Positions 42,377-54,800 of a stretch of 64,000 nt of DNA are shown here, piece by piece; position 1 is the stretch's first letter; every line of letters starts with the position of its first letter. The notes beneath the pieces were generated by a model that did not search any database, was not told the DNA's origin, and worked only from the letters and a program-made list of their open reading frames with translations. Made by a program: the position numbers and the translations under genes. The DNA comes from a virus (lineage: Duplodnaviria > Caudoviricetes): positions 128,001 to 192,000 of the IMG/VR virus record IMGVR_UViG_3300046522_000316. One strand, given 5' to 3'.

Positions 42377-43824
42377 TTGCAAATACTCCAAATCTTCGGT
42401 TTGTTAAACCGTTGTCGAAATATATGCAGCTGCGCATTCGAATGTTTGGGCGCCAGCGCTTCGCAAAAACCTATTCGGTAACGGGTTCTAACCTGAATAC
42501 CGTAACGCTGCCATTCACGCCGTGGTCTACGCAAACGCTTGAGATTTATTTGGATAGCGTGCGCGTTCTTTCCGGTTATAACGTAAACGGGGCGGTGGTT
42601 AGTTTCACACCGCCTTTGGCTGGTCGTCTCGAATTTATCGACGATGACGAATTTGTGGATATGGGCCTGAAATGGTTGCCCGTTCCATTGCCAAATCTTT
42701 TGCAATCGAATGACACTCAAAACACCGCATACGGCACGGATCGCCGCGAAGGTCAGCAGGTTGCAACGCACGCACAACCGGTATGCATTACACAGGGCGC
42801 ATTAGGTTTTGCGCGCCCCAGTCCGGATAATGATCAGCTGCTTTATTGCCCGTATTACGGGATGTATGGCCGCGATTCGATTACCTACGCAATTAAAACG
42901 GATCTTGGGCAGTTGTCCGATTTCCGTTGTATTGATATTCGCGTGCGTGACCCGAATTATATTCCGGTGTTGCGTCTGGCATGCATTAGTGCCGTGAGTA
43001 GTCCTGTGCAGGTCGATGGAAACCTAAAGGACATTGTGCCGAACGGGTTCTATCAAATCTACGCGGATATTCCTACAGGCAGTGGAATTCAATTGCCGAA
43101 CAAGGATGGCAATGGCCCACGCGAATATCATTTCGTTATTCAGGGCGCGGATGAAAACGGCGATTGGTTTGAGCCTGAAGAATACTTCGATCCGGGCACG
43201 TTTGAAATCATTGCAGAAACTCAAAAGGGATTCACTGTTACCTTTATCGGGAACGCAGAGGATTACGGGTTTCCAAACGCCACACGCGTCTCGGTAATGA
43301 CGGAATTCGACGGTGAAGAACTGCCGATTAAACTGAAATACATGGACACGGAATTGTTGTCGGTGAAAATCGCCAGCAATAAACCGATTCCAATTGAAAG
43401 CCTGCCAATCAGTGTGGCCGATCCGTTGATTGAACTGGATAATGGCGGGGCCGTGGACGCTGATTGGATTTACAACGACGATTGGATTTCTGATACCGGA
43501 ATTAACCTCGATATGTTGTGGGAAAACCCGGTGTTCGAAGAGCGTGACGTTTCTGTCACCATGTCGTTCGGCATTCAATTCAATAAATACAATCCGCAAA
43601 CGCAGCTGCCGACAATGCCCGTTCCGTATTCCAAGACTGTGACCGGGAAATTCATTACGGCAGAAACCGTTGCAAATAACGAAGTTGTCCAACCAGAAGA
43701 TACCCAAGAAACGCTGCTTACTGGCCTGTTTTGGGAAACCTCGAATCAGTTCTCTCCGGTGTACGAAGGAAATCTCGTATTGAATTCGACATTCGATTGG
43801 CAGATTGTGGTTGCGACTCCATAA
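42373..43824 (+). CDS. structural protein (baseplate/fibre region)
   Basis: 483-aa beta-rich ORF, ATGA overlap with the upstream gene. Confidence 0.7.
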   Translation: MIANTPNLRFVKPLSKYMQLRIRMFGRQRFAKTYSVTGSNLNTVTLPFTPWSTQTLEIYLDSVRVLSGYNVNGAVVSFTPPLAGRLEFIDDDEFVDMGLKWLPVPLPNLLQSNDTQNTAYGTDRREGQQVATHAQPVCITQGALGFARPSPDNDQLLYCPYYGMYGRDSITYAIKTDLGQLSDFRCIDIRVRDPNYIPVLRLACISAVSSPVQVDGNLKDIVPNGFYQIYADIPTGSGIQLPNKDGNGPREYHFVIQGADENGDWFEPEEYFDPGTFEIIAETQKGFTVTFIGNAEDYGFPNATRVSVMTEFDGEELPIKLKYMDTELLSVKIASNKPIPIESLPISVADPLIELDNGGAVDADWIYNDDWISDTGINLDMLWENPVFEERDVSVTMSFGIQFNKYNPQTQLPTMPVPYSKTVTGKFITAETVANNEVVQPEDTQETLLTGLFWETSNQFSPVYEGNLVLNSTFDWQIVVATP

Positions 43825-43884
43825 TTTAAAGGGAAAGGGCATTCTTAAACGGATGCCCAAACTCTTTATAAAGCGGGGAAACAA

Positions 43885-44127
43885 ATGACTGAATTCATCA
43901 ATCCGCTGACCGTATTGCGTCAGCAGAAAGAAGCCAAAGAACAACAAATCGCCGTCGCTTCTGCCGCAGAAATGGAAGCGCAGGAATTGGCTACGGCCAG
44001 CGCGTTGACGAACGTTGATCCGTCGATGTGCCCTAAATGCGGTCGTAGCATGGGGTTCGGTTTTTTGTTTGATCGTACCCGTGTTTACTACTGTGATGTT
44101 GATCGCGTTTCGCAGCCGATGGAATGA
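43885..44127 (+). CDS. small protein with CPKC...C Zn-ribbon-like C-terminus
   Basis: MCPKCGRSMG...YYCDVD. The N-terminal half contains IAVASA and LATASA. Confidence 0.7.
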   Translation: MTEFINPLTVLRQQKEAKEQQIAVASAAEMEAQELATASALTNVDPSMCPKCGRSMGFGFLFDRTRVYYCDVDRVSQPME

Positions 44128-44132
44128 ATTAA

Positions 44133-46448
44133 ATGACTGATAAGCTGGTTTTACTCGACGCCGGGGAGCAGGCGCTAAATAACGCTAGCGCCGGTGGCAT
44201 TCTGATCAAACCTGCATCGTTCCGTATGGGCGATTCGGATTTGTACGCCGCCAGTACCCAACACACTGATATCGTCGGCAACTTCATTTGTGGTGGAACA
44301 ATTCACCACGTAGAAACTTTGAGTGCCCGCGTTTGCCGTTTTGTTTTGACCATTGATACCCGGCTGCTGACTGCGCCGACCGAAGTAAAAGAAGTCGTTG
44401 TTTTCTTCGAAGGAAATGTCGCTTTTGGCCGTGCTGTTTTTGCCGAAGCTTATATCCTGAATCCAAACGAACCTACTCGCCTTTCTGTTGTGCTGGCAAC
44501 CAGCCGCGCAGACCTGACCACAATTAATGTGAGCGTCGGGGAATATGAGTCGATTCCAAGCACTGCATTTCTTTACCGCTTGCCATCCCCTGCACAAACG
44601 GATTTCGCCGCTATTTCTGTATTGAATGGCAAACGAAATCCTGACGGCACATCCAGCCCTGTAATCGCAACGCGGTACGGGGCAGGTTCGTTTCAGTGGG
44701 GTTTCACCGATCACAATCGGGTATTTAATGGCAAGCCAACTTCTGCCACCAGCACCACGTTTAAAATCAGTAGCTCGTTGCAATGGGCCGCTGACGAACA
44801 GGTAATTGTTCACGTTGTGGCTGGCAGTGGTGAAGGACAAACGCGGCGTTATCGCTGGAACGCAGGCGCGCAAGAATTCCGCGATCCCGATGCACAAGCG
44901 TTGCCGAATTTGGCGAATTCCACGATTGGTATTTGGAAACTGATCACCAGCACCACAAGTGGAAGCGGTGGCCCCGGTGATAGCAATCTGGTTATTCCGC
45001 CAACCACGGAAATTCCGCAAGATTGGGTACTCACTCCCGGTTCTGACGGAACGCTGGTTTGGCAACCGCCGAAAGCTGCTTCGCGTATTATTTCCACGCT
45101 TTACACCGGGCCTTCCAAGCTCGACGTAAACGCCCTGAACTTTATGGGCACTGGCGACATTGCGCGTTATACCACTGGTGAATTGGTCGCAGAAAACGCG
45201 AACTACATTTACCCGGCTGTTGGTTTGACCACGCAGCACCGTTCGGCTTTCCAATTGTCTGCGTCGGAACTGGAATTCGCGGAGAATATTCCGTCGAGTG
45301 TTCCAATTGATTTGCGTATTTTCACCAAGTCGCCTTCGACCGGTACGCGTGCAGTTTTCACCACGTTGGAATTCGTCGGTGACGGGTTGCAAGTTGAATA
45401 CGATCTTGGGCAAACGGTAGAAAGCAATTCGCACGTGTTTGCGTTCGTGCAATCTACGCTGCAACCGATCACCACTTACAGCATTGATCAAACGACCAAT
45501 AAGCTGCGCATGGTGGCCCCGGTTGAAGCCGGTTTGGATATTGAATTCAAACTGCTTTCGTACATTCAGGAAACCGGCTACAGCACGCGGATCGTCACGA
45601 AGACTTACAGCATTCAGGGCGAGACTTATTTCCTGAAATTGCCTACCAGTCCGCAGTCTATCGAACAGGTTTTTGTTAGCCAGTCCGGTGCGCACATTCA
45701 TGAGAAAAACTTCAGCCTGATCGACGATGCGTTGGTGTTTACCGCAACACTCGAACCTGACGTAGAAGTTGAAGTGATGGTATTCGAAAATATCCAAAGC
45801 CAAGGATCGGAACAGACCGGTTTGAACGGCATTGTGATTGACGGATATGTTTCGCACAAAAACCTCACGTTGTTGCGTCACAATGCGCCGCCTGTAGAGC
45901 TTCCAATTCCAGCGCCGAAAATCGCGGTTGGTGATGGCCTGACCATCGACAATTCGACCGGCACTGCAATGATTTCTTTGAACGAAGATGCATTTCCAGC
46001 GCTGCGCAAATCGCGTTCGTGGTCGGTCGAGCAATCGTTTAAAGTGGCGAGCGGTGCAGCCGCACAAACCATTACCCTGACGCAGGGCCAAGCGTCGATG
46101 TACGTTGTGCATGTGGATTTCAGCGCGAAACTCGGCCCCGGTTATCAGAGTGCAGAAGGAACAGAAAATATCGAGTTTGTTGTCGGTGTTCGTTCCACGC
46201 AATCTGTTGAACCTGATTTCGGTCGTCAGATTCGCGGTACAGGCACAGCCGGTGTGATTGCCAACAACGCGAAGGGCGGCACGGCTTACGCCAACTCCAG
46301 CTTTACGCAAATCTTTAAAATTGACCCGGCGAATCACAGCGCAGACACAATCGACCTCGTTGCAAAAATGCGCGTGAATAATGCGAACACTGCACAATTT
46401 GGTGTGCTGCTTTCGATCAACCTGAACATTATCGAGATTCCAATATGA
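44133..46448 (+). CDS. baseplate-anchored tail fibre protein (tail-collar fibre-like N-terminus)
   Basis: LLDAGEQALNNASAGGILIKPASFRMGD resembles the DUF3751-type fibre attachment domain. Three internal beta repeats follow. Confidence 0.65.
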   Translation: MTDKLVLLDAGEQALNNASAGGILIKPASFRMGDSDLYAASTQHTDIVGNFICGGTIHHVETLSARVCRFVLTIDTRLLTAPTEVKEVVVFFEGNVAFGRAVFAEAYILNPNEPTRLSVVLATSRADLTTINVSVGEYESIPSTAFLYRLPSPAQTDFAAISVLNGKRNPDGTSSPVIATRYGAGSFQWGFTDHNRVFNGKPTSATSTTFKISSSLQWAADEQVIVHVVAGSGEGQTRRYRWNAGAQEFRDPDAQALPNLANSTIGIWKLITSTTSGSGGPGDSNLVIPPTTEIPQDWVLTPGSDGTLVWQPPKAASRIISTLYTGPSKLDVNALNFMGTGDIARYTTGELVAENANYIYPAVGLTTQHRSAFQLSASELEFAENIPSSVPIDLRIFTKSPSTGTRAVFTTLEFVGDGLQVEYDLGQTVESNSHVFAFVQSTLQPITTYSIDQTTNKLRMVAPVEAGLDIEFKLLSYIQETGYSTRIVTKTYSIQGETYFLKLPTSPQSIEQVFVSQSGAHIHEKNFSLIDDALVFTATLEPDVEVEVMVFENIQSQGSEQTGLNGIVIDGYVSHKNLTLLRHNAPPVELPIPAPKIAVGDGLTIDNSTGTAMISLNEDAFPALRKSRSWSVEQSFKVASGAAAQTITLTQGQASMYVVHVDFSAKLGPGYQSAEGTENIEFVVGVRSTQSVEPDFGRQIRGTGTAGVIANNAKGGTAYANSSFTQIFKIDPANHSADTIDLVAKMRVNNANTAQFGVLLSINLNIIEIPI

Positions 46449-46864
46449 GGCACTGGGTCGTCAACGGCGCTTTGCGAAAAGGTGATTGTGTAGAAGGTGG
46501 CGTGGAAATCAGCGAAGAAACATATCGTTATTTCCTCGACAATTATGAGCTTCTCACAATCGAAGTCGTAGACGGCAAGGTGCGCACCCGTGTTGATATG
46601 GTTGCGTATCGGCGGGCCGCGCTTGCGAAGCTTGAAAACGTGAATTACATCGTCGTGGACAACCGGAAATATTTCGACGATGAACTTCCGTATTTGAGTG
46701 GGGATTATTTCCTGCGCAGCGGTGGCCCTTGCCTACTCACAAAGGAACAGATGATTAAAAAGGTGACGGAAAGGAATCGTGATTACACCATGCGGCGTTC
46801 GGGCATCCAAACTGCTAAAACGCCTGAAGAGGTGGATGGGTATCTGATATGTCGAATGAATTAA
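46445..46864 (+). CDS. hypothetical protein (possible fibre assembly chaperone)
   Basis: 139-aa ORF directly after the fibre gene. Confidence 0.6.
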   Translation: MRHWVVNGALRKGDCVEGGVEISEETYRYFLDNYELLTIEVVDGKVRTRVDMVAYRRAALAKLENVNYIVVDNRKYFDDELPYLSGDYFLRSGGPCLLTKEQMIKKVTERNRDYTMRRSGIQTAKTPEEVDGYLICRMN

Positions 46865-47649
46865 CGATTGCGGTACTGGATAATAAATCGGTAGCGGTTC
46901 CAATCGGTAGAACAGTCCTGACGAACATCAAACGTCAGAACTCGCTGAAAGTTCAAAGTGCAATGACCGGCACTGAAGTTGTGGCCCCGAATTACACGGG
47001 CATCGACGCACCCGGTTACGACGGCGAACAGGCATACCGAACCGATGCCGATGTGGTTTATTTCGATACACCGGTTGACCGTGACGCGCTGCGTGTTGCG
47101 GAAATTGTCTTCGATGACAAAACTGGCGTGCTGACTTTTTATCGCAAAAACGGATCGCATTTCGAAGTAACTTCTTTTCTGCGTCAAATTGATTTCGGTG
47201 TTGGCCCATCGGGCACGCGTGGTGATCCGGGGAAAGACGGCACTATTGGCGACGACGGAATTGATGGAAAAGATGGTGATGCGGGATGCGCCGGATTGCA
47301 GGGAATTGAAGGGCGCCCCGGCCCTATCGGTGATCCGGGGAAAGAGGGCGAAGTGGGCAGCGCCGGGCCGTATGGTGCATTAGGCCCCACTGGCCCACGC
47401 GGTGATATTGGCGCAATGGGTGTGCCCGGTTTCGAAGGTAAACGCGGATTGTGTGGATTCAGTTGTCCAACTACTTCGCGTGGCCCGTGCGGCCCTCAAG
47501 GTAAAACCATGAACGGTTATGTTCAGACCGGCCCTTATCCGAAAAATAACGATTTGATTTGGGCTGCTGCTGAAGACTGCATGGAACCACGTTGCCCCGC
47601 AACCTTTGACCTGACCGACGTAGGCACCCGACCAGTGTCGTATGTGTAA
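46849..47649 (+). CDS. collagen-like fibre protein 1
   Basis: Gly-X-Y run GPSGTRGDPGKDG...GCAG...GFEGKRGLCG, preceded by the FDDKTGVLTF..KNG module. Confidence 0.85.
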   Translation: MSNELTIAVLDNKSVAVPIGRTVLTNIKRQNSLKVQSAMTGTEVVAPNYTGIDAPGYDGEQAYRTDADVVYFDTPVDRDALRVAEIVFDDKTGVLTFYRKNGSHFEVTSFLRQIDFGVGPSGTRGDPGKDGTIGDDGIDGKDGDAGCAGLQGIEGRPGPIGDPGKEGEVGSAGPYGALGPTGPRGDIGAMGVPGFEGKRGLCGFSCPTTSRGPCGPQGKTMNGYVQTGPYPKNNDLIWAAAEDCMEPRCPATFDLTDVGTRPVSYV

Positions 47650-47668
47650 CGAATTGAAGGGATAAAAA

Positions 47669-50167
47669 ATGAAAGATTGCAGTTCGTTACCGGTCATTGC
47701 GCCCCAGTCGGTTCCCGTGCGAAAAATCATCGCACAGTGCGGCGAATGGATTACGCTTTGTGGTAAAGGAAAACACCAGATTTCCTATTTCCTCGGATTG
47801 CTGCAAGGGCCAGTAACCATCTGGTTTCAACGCGAAAGTATCGAGGATGAAATCTACGTTTATCAGAACGGGGAAATCATTGCAGCGGCGCCACTGAAAA
47901 CCGAAAGCGGTTCGTTCACGTTTGATTATTCGCCACTCGACGAAAAGCCGGGTAACGATGAAATCATTCTGACCCACGAAGGTGCAACAGTCGGCGCACG
48001 GGCGCATATCCATTTTCTGTGCCCTGTTGATCCATGCTTGCCGCCAGTTGTGGCCGAACCGAACCCGGTTGAAACTACGCTGATTTGCGGCAAGTCGTGG
48101 CACCAAGCGGGATACGTTAAACGCAACACAATTTTGCTCGGTGATAAACCGGGGCGCGTCGATATTATTTGGTCGGTTGTAGGTAATGGATTGGTGCAGG
48201 TTTTCCAAGACAAAACTTTGCTGCTGACCATGACGCCGGATCGCGAAGCTTTGACCAGTTTCGAATACGATCCTGAACTCGGTGACGTTTATGTGTTGAC
48301 CCAAGGAACGGGCGCAGTGGATTACATTTTCACGTGTCCTTTCAAAGAAGAAACACCAGAAATTCCGAGTTTCGAATTCGTTTGTGATGCGACCGAAGAC
48401 TACGTTTTCAACGCACCGCAATTAACCGAATTGAAGCTGCCTGTCTTGATCGGCACCATTGATTTTCGTGTGCTGCTGGTGGAAACGGCGCAGCTAACGT
48501 TCTCGCAAAACAACGTTCCGTTTTATGTTGTGAGCGGGCACGCGGGGGAAGTAAATTTCTCCTACGATTACAATCCGGATAAAGGCAAAGTCACGGTTAA
48601 CGCCGAGGGCTACGGACAAATCGCGATGTTTGCGAAATGCCCATACAACGCGCCCGATCCTGACCCGGTTGATATCGACGCAGAATGTGGAACCACGCTG
48701 AACACGTATCCCGGTTATTCGAATATCACGATGGATATGGACGCAATTAGCGGCCAAACAATTCTCGACCTGATCGTCACGGAAACAACGATTGAAGTTA
48801 TTCACACGGGCACCAGTCGATTCATCACAGAATCCGGCAGCTATCCGATGCAGTATGACCGTTCGGTTCCCCTGATTATCAAAGCACGCGGAAACGATTT
48901 CCAAATGCGCTTGAGTTGCCCGGTTCGCACGCCTGTTACAGGCACCATTGATTGCGGCGTAATTCGCAACTTCGATTCCTATTCGAATATCACTGTTCGT
49001 TACGGATCGACCGCAGGCAATACCACGATTACCACCAGCCAAGATGTGTCAGTTTATCGCGATAATGTTTTGGTCGGATTTGGGCGTGACGTTACGTTCT
49101 TTTATCCGGGCACTGGTACGGTTCTCGTTAAGTGCGATGTTCTCGACGAATACCTGACGATTTCCGCAACGTGTCCAGCGGTGAAAACCCTGCCGTGTGG
49201 TGATCAGTTTGTGCAGTTCAACGCGGGTGACATTATCGACCTCGCATTTAATACGCCGCTTATTCGTGGGCATGTTGATGTGTCGATTCAAGTCACCGGT
49301 AACGTGAGCGCGGTTTTCCGTCTCGGTTCGACTGACGTTCACACCAGCACCGTGACCGAAACGTTTACGAATATCTGGAACACTGCAAACGGCCTTCGGG
49401 TTGTCAGCAGCGGCACCGGGACATTCAAACTTTTCGTGAAGTGTGCGGTTCCGATTTATATCGTGAGCGAAGAAACGAAAACCGAGAAAGTTGATTGCCA
49501 GCCGGGCGAGACTGCCGGTGGTGTTCCGGGCGGTAATACGTTCGTGACCGCAACGTGGAAAGTAATCACTTATTCAGACGGTTCGGTTGTGACAACGACC
49601 AAAACTTACGACGGTGTTTGTATGCCTCAAACAGCAGTTCCAATTCGTGCCCCGCGCTGGGGTGTGGCGATGTTTGCAAACCGTTTGTTTACCGGTGGCC
49701 CTATCGCCGCAGAAATCACGACAGAAGAGCAATCGTATGGCGTGGTCGCAAATCCAAGTCCTAGCGGGCGCAATTACACGCATTGGACGGGCATTCAACA
49801 ATTCGCTGATCAGGTGATGACCAACACGTTCGCGATTACTCCGGAAACTCCGGGGATTATCGAACCGACAATTACCGTAGACGATTTCGTTTACGTGATG
49901 TGGGATAAACGCGCAGGCACCAAGCTGAAAATCATCAACCTCGGCAACAATTTCGAGGTGGAATTCGAAGGCATCTTGTGGCGCAACGATCTTCTCGGTA
50001 ACTACGAAGGATTGCCCGGATATAATCCAAATCTTCCGATCTATTTGACCGTGCAGTATGACGACGGAACGGGTGTTCGCGACTGGATTATTGTTCGGCA
50101 GGAAACCACGACGCTGCCTGAATTCAGCCCACGGACTGATCGCTATTCCATTCAATACGTGCCGTAG
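47669..50167 (+). CDS. Cys-bracketed repeat fibre/adhesin protein (six modules)
   Basis: Six ~80-90 aa beta modules, each opening with CG/CD and closing with CP/CA. Confidence 0.75.
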   Translation: MKDCSSLPVIAPQSVPVRKIIAQCGEWITLCGKGKHQISYFLGLLQGPVTIWFQRESIEDEIYVYQNGEIIAAAPLKTESGSFTFDYSPLDEKPGNDEIILTHEGATVGARAHIHFLCPVDPCLPPVVAEPNPVETTLICGKSWHQAGYVKRNTILLGDKPGRVDIIWSVVGNGLVQVFQDKTLLLTMTPDREALTSFEYDPELGDVYVLTQGTGAVDYIFTCPFKEETPEIPSFEFVCDATEDYVFNAPQLTELKLPVLIGTIDFRVLLVETAQLTFSQNNVPFYVVSGHAGEVNFSYDYNPDKGKVTVNAEGYGQIAMFAKCPYNAPDPDPVDIDAECGTTLNTYPGYSNITMDMDAISGQTILDLIVTETTIEVIHTGTSRFITESGSYPMQYDRSVPLIIKARGNDFQMRLSCPVRTPVTGTIDCGVIRNFDSYSNITVRYGSTAGNTTITTSQDVSVYRDNVLVGFGRDVTFFYPGTGTVLVKCDVLDEYLTISATCPAVKTLPCGDQFVQFNAGDIIDLAFNTPLIRGHVDVSIQVTGNVSAVFRLGSTDVHTSTVTETFTNIWNTANGLRVVSSGTGTFKLFVKCAVPIYIVSEETKTEKVDCQPGETAGGVPGGNTFVTATWKVITYSDGSVVTTTKTYDGVCMPQTAVPIRAPRWGVAMFANRLFTGGPIAAEITTEEQSYGVVANPSPSGRNYTHWTGIQQFADQVMTNTFAITPETPGIIEPTITVDDFVYVMWDKRAGTKLKIINLGNNFEVEFEGILWRNDLLGNYEGLPGYNPNLPIYLTVQYDDGTGVRDWIIVRQETTTLPEFSPRTDRYSIQYVP

Positions 50168-50175
50168 GAATTCAC

Positions 50176-51201
50176 ATGACAGGATTAACAAGAATCCCGA
50201 CGTACATGATTCGTGCGAAGGGCGAGAAAGATTCCAGTATTCTCGAAGTAAAAAACGAAAGGCTTTCGGCAACTGCGCCATCCGATGCAGACGTAACAGA
50301 AATCGAATCCGCGATTTACGATGAAACTCAGGGCACGCTTACTTTTCGTTTTTATAACGGACAGGAAATGCGTGTTCCGGGTTTCCCGGTTCCTTCGAAA
50401 ATTCCAGCTGGCCCAACAGGCCCGCAGGGACTCGCAGGCATTGACGGAAAGAACGGAAAAGATGGGCGCGATGGTGCAGTGGGCAGCGCAGGTTGTGCAG
50501 GGCCTCAAGGTGTAATTGGTCAAACGGGGCCAAAAGGTGAAACCGGTCGTACTGGTCAACCCGGCCCCGCTGGCCCAACTGGCCCGCAAGGCCCACAGGG
50601 ATTGCAAGGCCCATTAGGCCCCACCGGCCCGCAAGGCCCACAGGGGCCACAAGGCCCACGCGGTGAACAAGGCCCGCAAGGTCGCCCCGGCCCGAAAGGC
50701 CCTGAAGGTTTTATGCACATTGTGGTTTCTACCGCAGAACCGGAAGAAAAAGATCGCGTCGATGGTTTGTTGTGGGTGAATCCTGCAATTGATTATTTGT
50801 GCGGTGTTTATAATCCTCCGGTTTGTCCGGAACCAGAACCGTGCCCGCCGCTCGCATTTAAAGAGCAAACTTTCCAACTGAATGCGACTGTCGGAAAATC
50901 CAGCAACGTGCATTATCTCGGCCCGAATCCCGGTGTTGTGAAAATCACGTATGCAACTGCAAACGCAGATGCGCCGGGTGATCCAGCTGGTGGTTATGTT
51001 GGCAATCGGATTGATGTTCGCCATCGCGGAATCGTGGTCGCAACGAACGGTGCAAACGAAATTGTTTTCCGCAATACTCCGAAAACTTTCGAGTTTGCCT
51101 ACGAGCCGTCGAACGGTAACGAATTCATCACGGTGGAAATGTCGCACAGCGATTCGAATTCCGATTGGTGGTCGTACAAAATCAGCGGCCCTACTTTGTA
51201 A
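50176..51201 (+). CDS. collagen-like fibre protein 2
   Basis: LTRIP N-terminus, [13 protein letters not shown] module, long GPQ/GPT run and a C-terminal beta module. Confidence 0.85.
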   Translation: MTGLTRIPTYMIRAKGEKDSSILEVKNERLSATAPSDADVTEIESAIYDETQGTLTFRFYNGQEMRVPGFPVPSKIPAGPTGPQGLAGIDGKNGKDGRDGAVGSAGCAGPQGVIGQTGPKGETGRTGQPGPAGPTGPQGPQGLQGPLGPTGPQGPQGPQGPRGEQGPQGRPGPKGPEGFMHIVVSTAEPEEKDRVDGLLWVNPAIDYLCGVYNPPVCPEPEPCPPLAFKEQTFQLNATVGKSSNVHYLGPNPGVVKITYATANADAPGDPAGGYVGNRIDVRHRGIVVATNGANEIVFRNTPKTFEFAYEPSNGNEFITVEMSHSDSNSDWWSYKISGPTL

Positions 51202-51219
51202 AAATATTCAGGGTGATTT

Positions 51220-51735
51220 ATGACCGAGCTTACGCGGATGCCCGTTTCGATGTTGCACGCCCGTGGAAAAACTGGCGGCAATCTCAAAAACACGGGCACG
51301 AAAGTTCAAGTCGCAACAGAAGCTGAAAATGCGGTTCCTTCCCTTGTGGCGGGTACGCTGAATCAGAACGGTTTGTTGCGCTTGAGAATGTCGGACGGAA
51401 CCTACGTCGAAGTTGATGGTTTTTATACAGCGAATTCAATCATTCAAGGCCCTGCTGGCCCGCGTGGTTTCGGTGGTGAAAACGGTCGTGACGGAACGAA
51501 CGGACGCGATGGGGAACAAGGCGCAACAGGTTGCCAAGGGCCAGCTGGCCCACGCGGTGATACTGGCCCGGAAGGCCCACGCGGCCCACAAGGTATTCAA
51601 GGCCCACCGGGGCCGAAAGGTGAACCGGGGCCACGTGGTTCTGACGGTTTTGTTCAGGTGTTTATCCAATCCGCCGATCCATCGGCAATGGAAGGTACGA
51701 CTGTGAAAGCTGGCGCACTTTGGGTGAAACCTTAA
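51220..51735 (+). CDS. collagen-like fibre protein 3
   Basis: LTRMP N-terminus, Gly-X-Y run containing GCQG, C-terminal ALWVKP. Confidence 0.85.
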   Translation: MTELTRMPVSMLHARGKTGGNLKNTGTKVQVATEAENAVPSLVAGTLNQNGLLRLRMSDGTYVEVDGFYTANSIIQGPAGPRGFGGENGRDGTNGRDGEQGATGCQGPAGPRGDTGPEGPRGPQGIQGPPGPKGEPGPRGSDGFVQVFIQSADPSAMEGTTVKAGALWVKP

Positions 51736-51752
51736 TCGGAAATATGCAGTAA

Positions 51753-51779
51753 AAAGGCTCCTTTAATGGGGCCTTTATT
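51753..51779 (+). terminator. intrinsic terminator
   Basis: AAAGGCTCC-tttaat-GGGGCCTTT followed by ATT. Confidence 0.65.
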
Positions 51780-51831
51780 GTTTCTAAGTAATTTAAATAC
51801 AGAAACTAAAATTGATGGTGGAACTGTTACT

Positions 51832-54800
51832 ATGAGCGAATTAACCATCAGGTCGCCAAATGGCGCGTGGGTTGACATTTGCGCCAGCGAATGGAAAGTT
51901 CTGCAAGACGACGGTACGTGGAAAGAAATTGATCCCGTGAATGATTTGCGCGTTCGTCACGGTTCAAACGATTATTGGCTGCAAATCAATTGTGATCAGG
52001 ACGCGGCTTATTGCCCACCAGAACAATTGGCTGATTGCTGGCCCGGTTACAGCGGCAATTTCGACAGTTCCGAATTCAAACCCGGTGGCCCGACTGGTTA
52101 TTTGGTTTGCGATTGCGACGGACTCAATTGCAAAACGTACACCGGCCACACACCGAGTTATAACGTAAAAGGCGGTCGGTTTATTTCGACCAGTCCTGTC
52201 GTTGAAAAAACAATTGCACAATCGTTGCCGACTACCCTGTTTGGTTCGGAAGCAGAAATCACTGAAGTTTTGGTTTACGCCGGTACACGCAGCGGTCATA
52301 TCGAAGTGTCGCTGCTTGAACTTGATACAGGTGTTCGTGTCCGCGTTTACAACGATTGCATTTTGCTCGGAGATTCCGACGTAAGCGGCGATTATTTCAA
52401 CGTCTTTTTCAACACTGAGCCACCAGAAACAAATGAGGATGATTGCGGCGATCCAATTCCTGCAAACAATTTCCTCACGGTTCGCGTTGACGCACCAGCC
52501 GGTTCGCGCTGGCGTGTAAAACTTGGCGATGTAAACGTCGATCAAATCACAAGTTTTCAACGGCCTGCCCCGTGCTTCGGTACGTTTGGCCCTAACCTGC
52601 CTTGCTTCGTCAACGATGAAAACTATTTGTTGCCGGGTGAAGCTGTTTACGAAAACGTGCATTATTTGCCAACCACTGGCCGCGTCGATATCGACCTGAC
52701 TGTGAACGGTATTGATCCGGTTCATTTCCAAGTGTTTTACAACGGCGGCCTGATCGGTGATTTGGTTACGAATAACACGCCGCAATTAACGCAGGTTGCA
52801 GCAACCCTGACGTTCAACCATAACGTGGTTGGTGGCGATAACTTCGTGGTCATTCGCTACACGGCACCGCGTCAATACAACGATTGGCATTATTCGATTT
52901 TCTGCCCCGGTATGCGCGGCTCGCGAATCAACATGATGGAATGCATGGGTGTACCTGATCCCGTGCCTTACGACGTTCTCTGTCGGCCCCTGAATGATTC
53001 GCTTGATCCATACCACGCAATCGTCAGCCGTGGCGCCCACACCGCAGATATTTATTACAACTACGCGGGTAAAGCTCGCGGCGATATCGTGGTGGAATAT
53101 TTCGCGACGGATGCTGTGCAATTGTTGTTTTATCAAGGCAGTTATCCGAACGAAACTTTGCTGGCTGGTACGGTTTCCACGATCAGCGGACACAATCGTT
53201 TTTACTTCCGTTTCGAACCACAAAACGGATCGGTTGTTCACGTTCGCGTTATCGGCCCGTGCTGCCCGGATTGGGCGTTCACAATGTCGTGCCCGGTTCC
53301 GCCTCCTGTTCTCAATATTCAGGATGCAGAAATTGTTCGCGGATCGAAAGGCCAAACTTCGTATCTGTGTTTTGACGTAGTTTTGGAGAATAAAACTCCG
53401 CGTCGTACCACGTTCAATTGGGACACAACGCCACTCACTGCAATCGTTTCGAATGACGGATCTTGCAGCGTTACCGAAACCGTTCCGAATTCGCCGTTCT
53501 GCAATATCTTGGCGACAGGTTCCGGCGTCGAAGCAGGTTCCACAAACGATACGTGGATTGGTTATTCGTGCTACCGAATTCGTTCGAGTTTGCATAGCCC
53601 GAACTGCGCGGTTGGCGGTCAGTATTACGTTGTCGAAACCGAAATTGAATTGCCGTATTCGGGCACGTACACAATGGTCGGATGTGCGGACGATAACATG
53701 GTCGTTTATCTCGATTGTGTTCCGAAAATGTCTGCGCCTTCGTGGGAATATCCGGTATCGGCTGCAATCTCGGCAAACGCTGGATGGCAAACGCTTTCCA
53801 TCATGTATCAAAACGTCCCGAACTGCACACCGGGTTGGGCGAAACTGGTAATCCTGAATAGCGCGGGTCAGGTTGTTTTTGCGACCAGTCCTTATACGCA
53901 TTTGTGGCGTTCGAAAGTCGGCGGCATCACTGCGAACCCGCCACCGTTGAGCATTACTTACGGCGCGGACTACAACAAAGTTTTGGGCAGCGGTGCAATC
54001 GAAGCCTGTAATCTTTCGACACGTATTTGTGTTCCAGTTTGCGGCACGGATCTAATGGGGCCAGACGTAACCTTTTTGCTTTCGTTGAAAGATTTGACGA
54101 CCGCAGAGCCGGGGAAAATGTCTGCAATCGGCACCATTAAAAACCCGAACCATTTTGAGTGCAGTCAGAATCCGTTGGATGCGGTTTCTGGATATGGCCT
54201 GAACACTTATATCAACCGTGGCGCATACAACATGTACACGGGCGACCTGCTGACCTACGGATCGGGTCAGAAAATCATGGAAGCCGATATCAACATTCCG
54301 GCGTCTGGACTTTATACGTTTTTCTTCCACGGAATGGACAACGCAGTTCTGACAATGGATTGCCAAACCATCGCTACGGTTAGCGGTGCGAATGGTGGTG
54401 TTCGTGCATGGGCGCCAGCGAATAAAGGTTTCCGGAAATTCGCAATTCAGTACGCCATGAACGCATCGAATAGTGCGCGTGCAGGTTACGCAGCACTTGT
54501 GATTATGGATACGCAAAATCGCGTTGTTTACGCGTCGAATCCTGCACACTGGCGCGGCAAAGTTTTGAGCGCAGGCACTCCACCAAGCTGCAACCAATTC
54601 CCGAATACCTGCAACATGACGCCAGCCGGTGGTGCTGCACAATTCGGTGGCGATGCTGGTGTGGGTTATGGAGCGGTTGCAATTTATTCGACGTTGCACG
54701 CTCCACGCTGTGCAGTTGCGAACACGTTCTACACATTGGAACAGCGACTGACATTCCCGGTATCCGGCAATTATATTTTCCGTGGTACGGGCGACGACAC

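Noticed and set aside
43837-43858. Hairpin GGGCAT-N10-ATGCCC as a terminator
   Set aside because: Short stem, large loop and no adjacent T-run.
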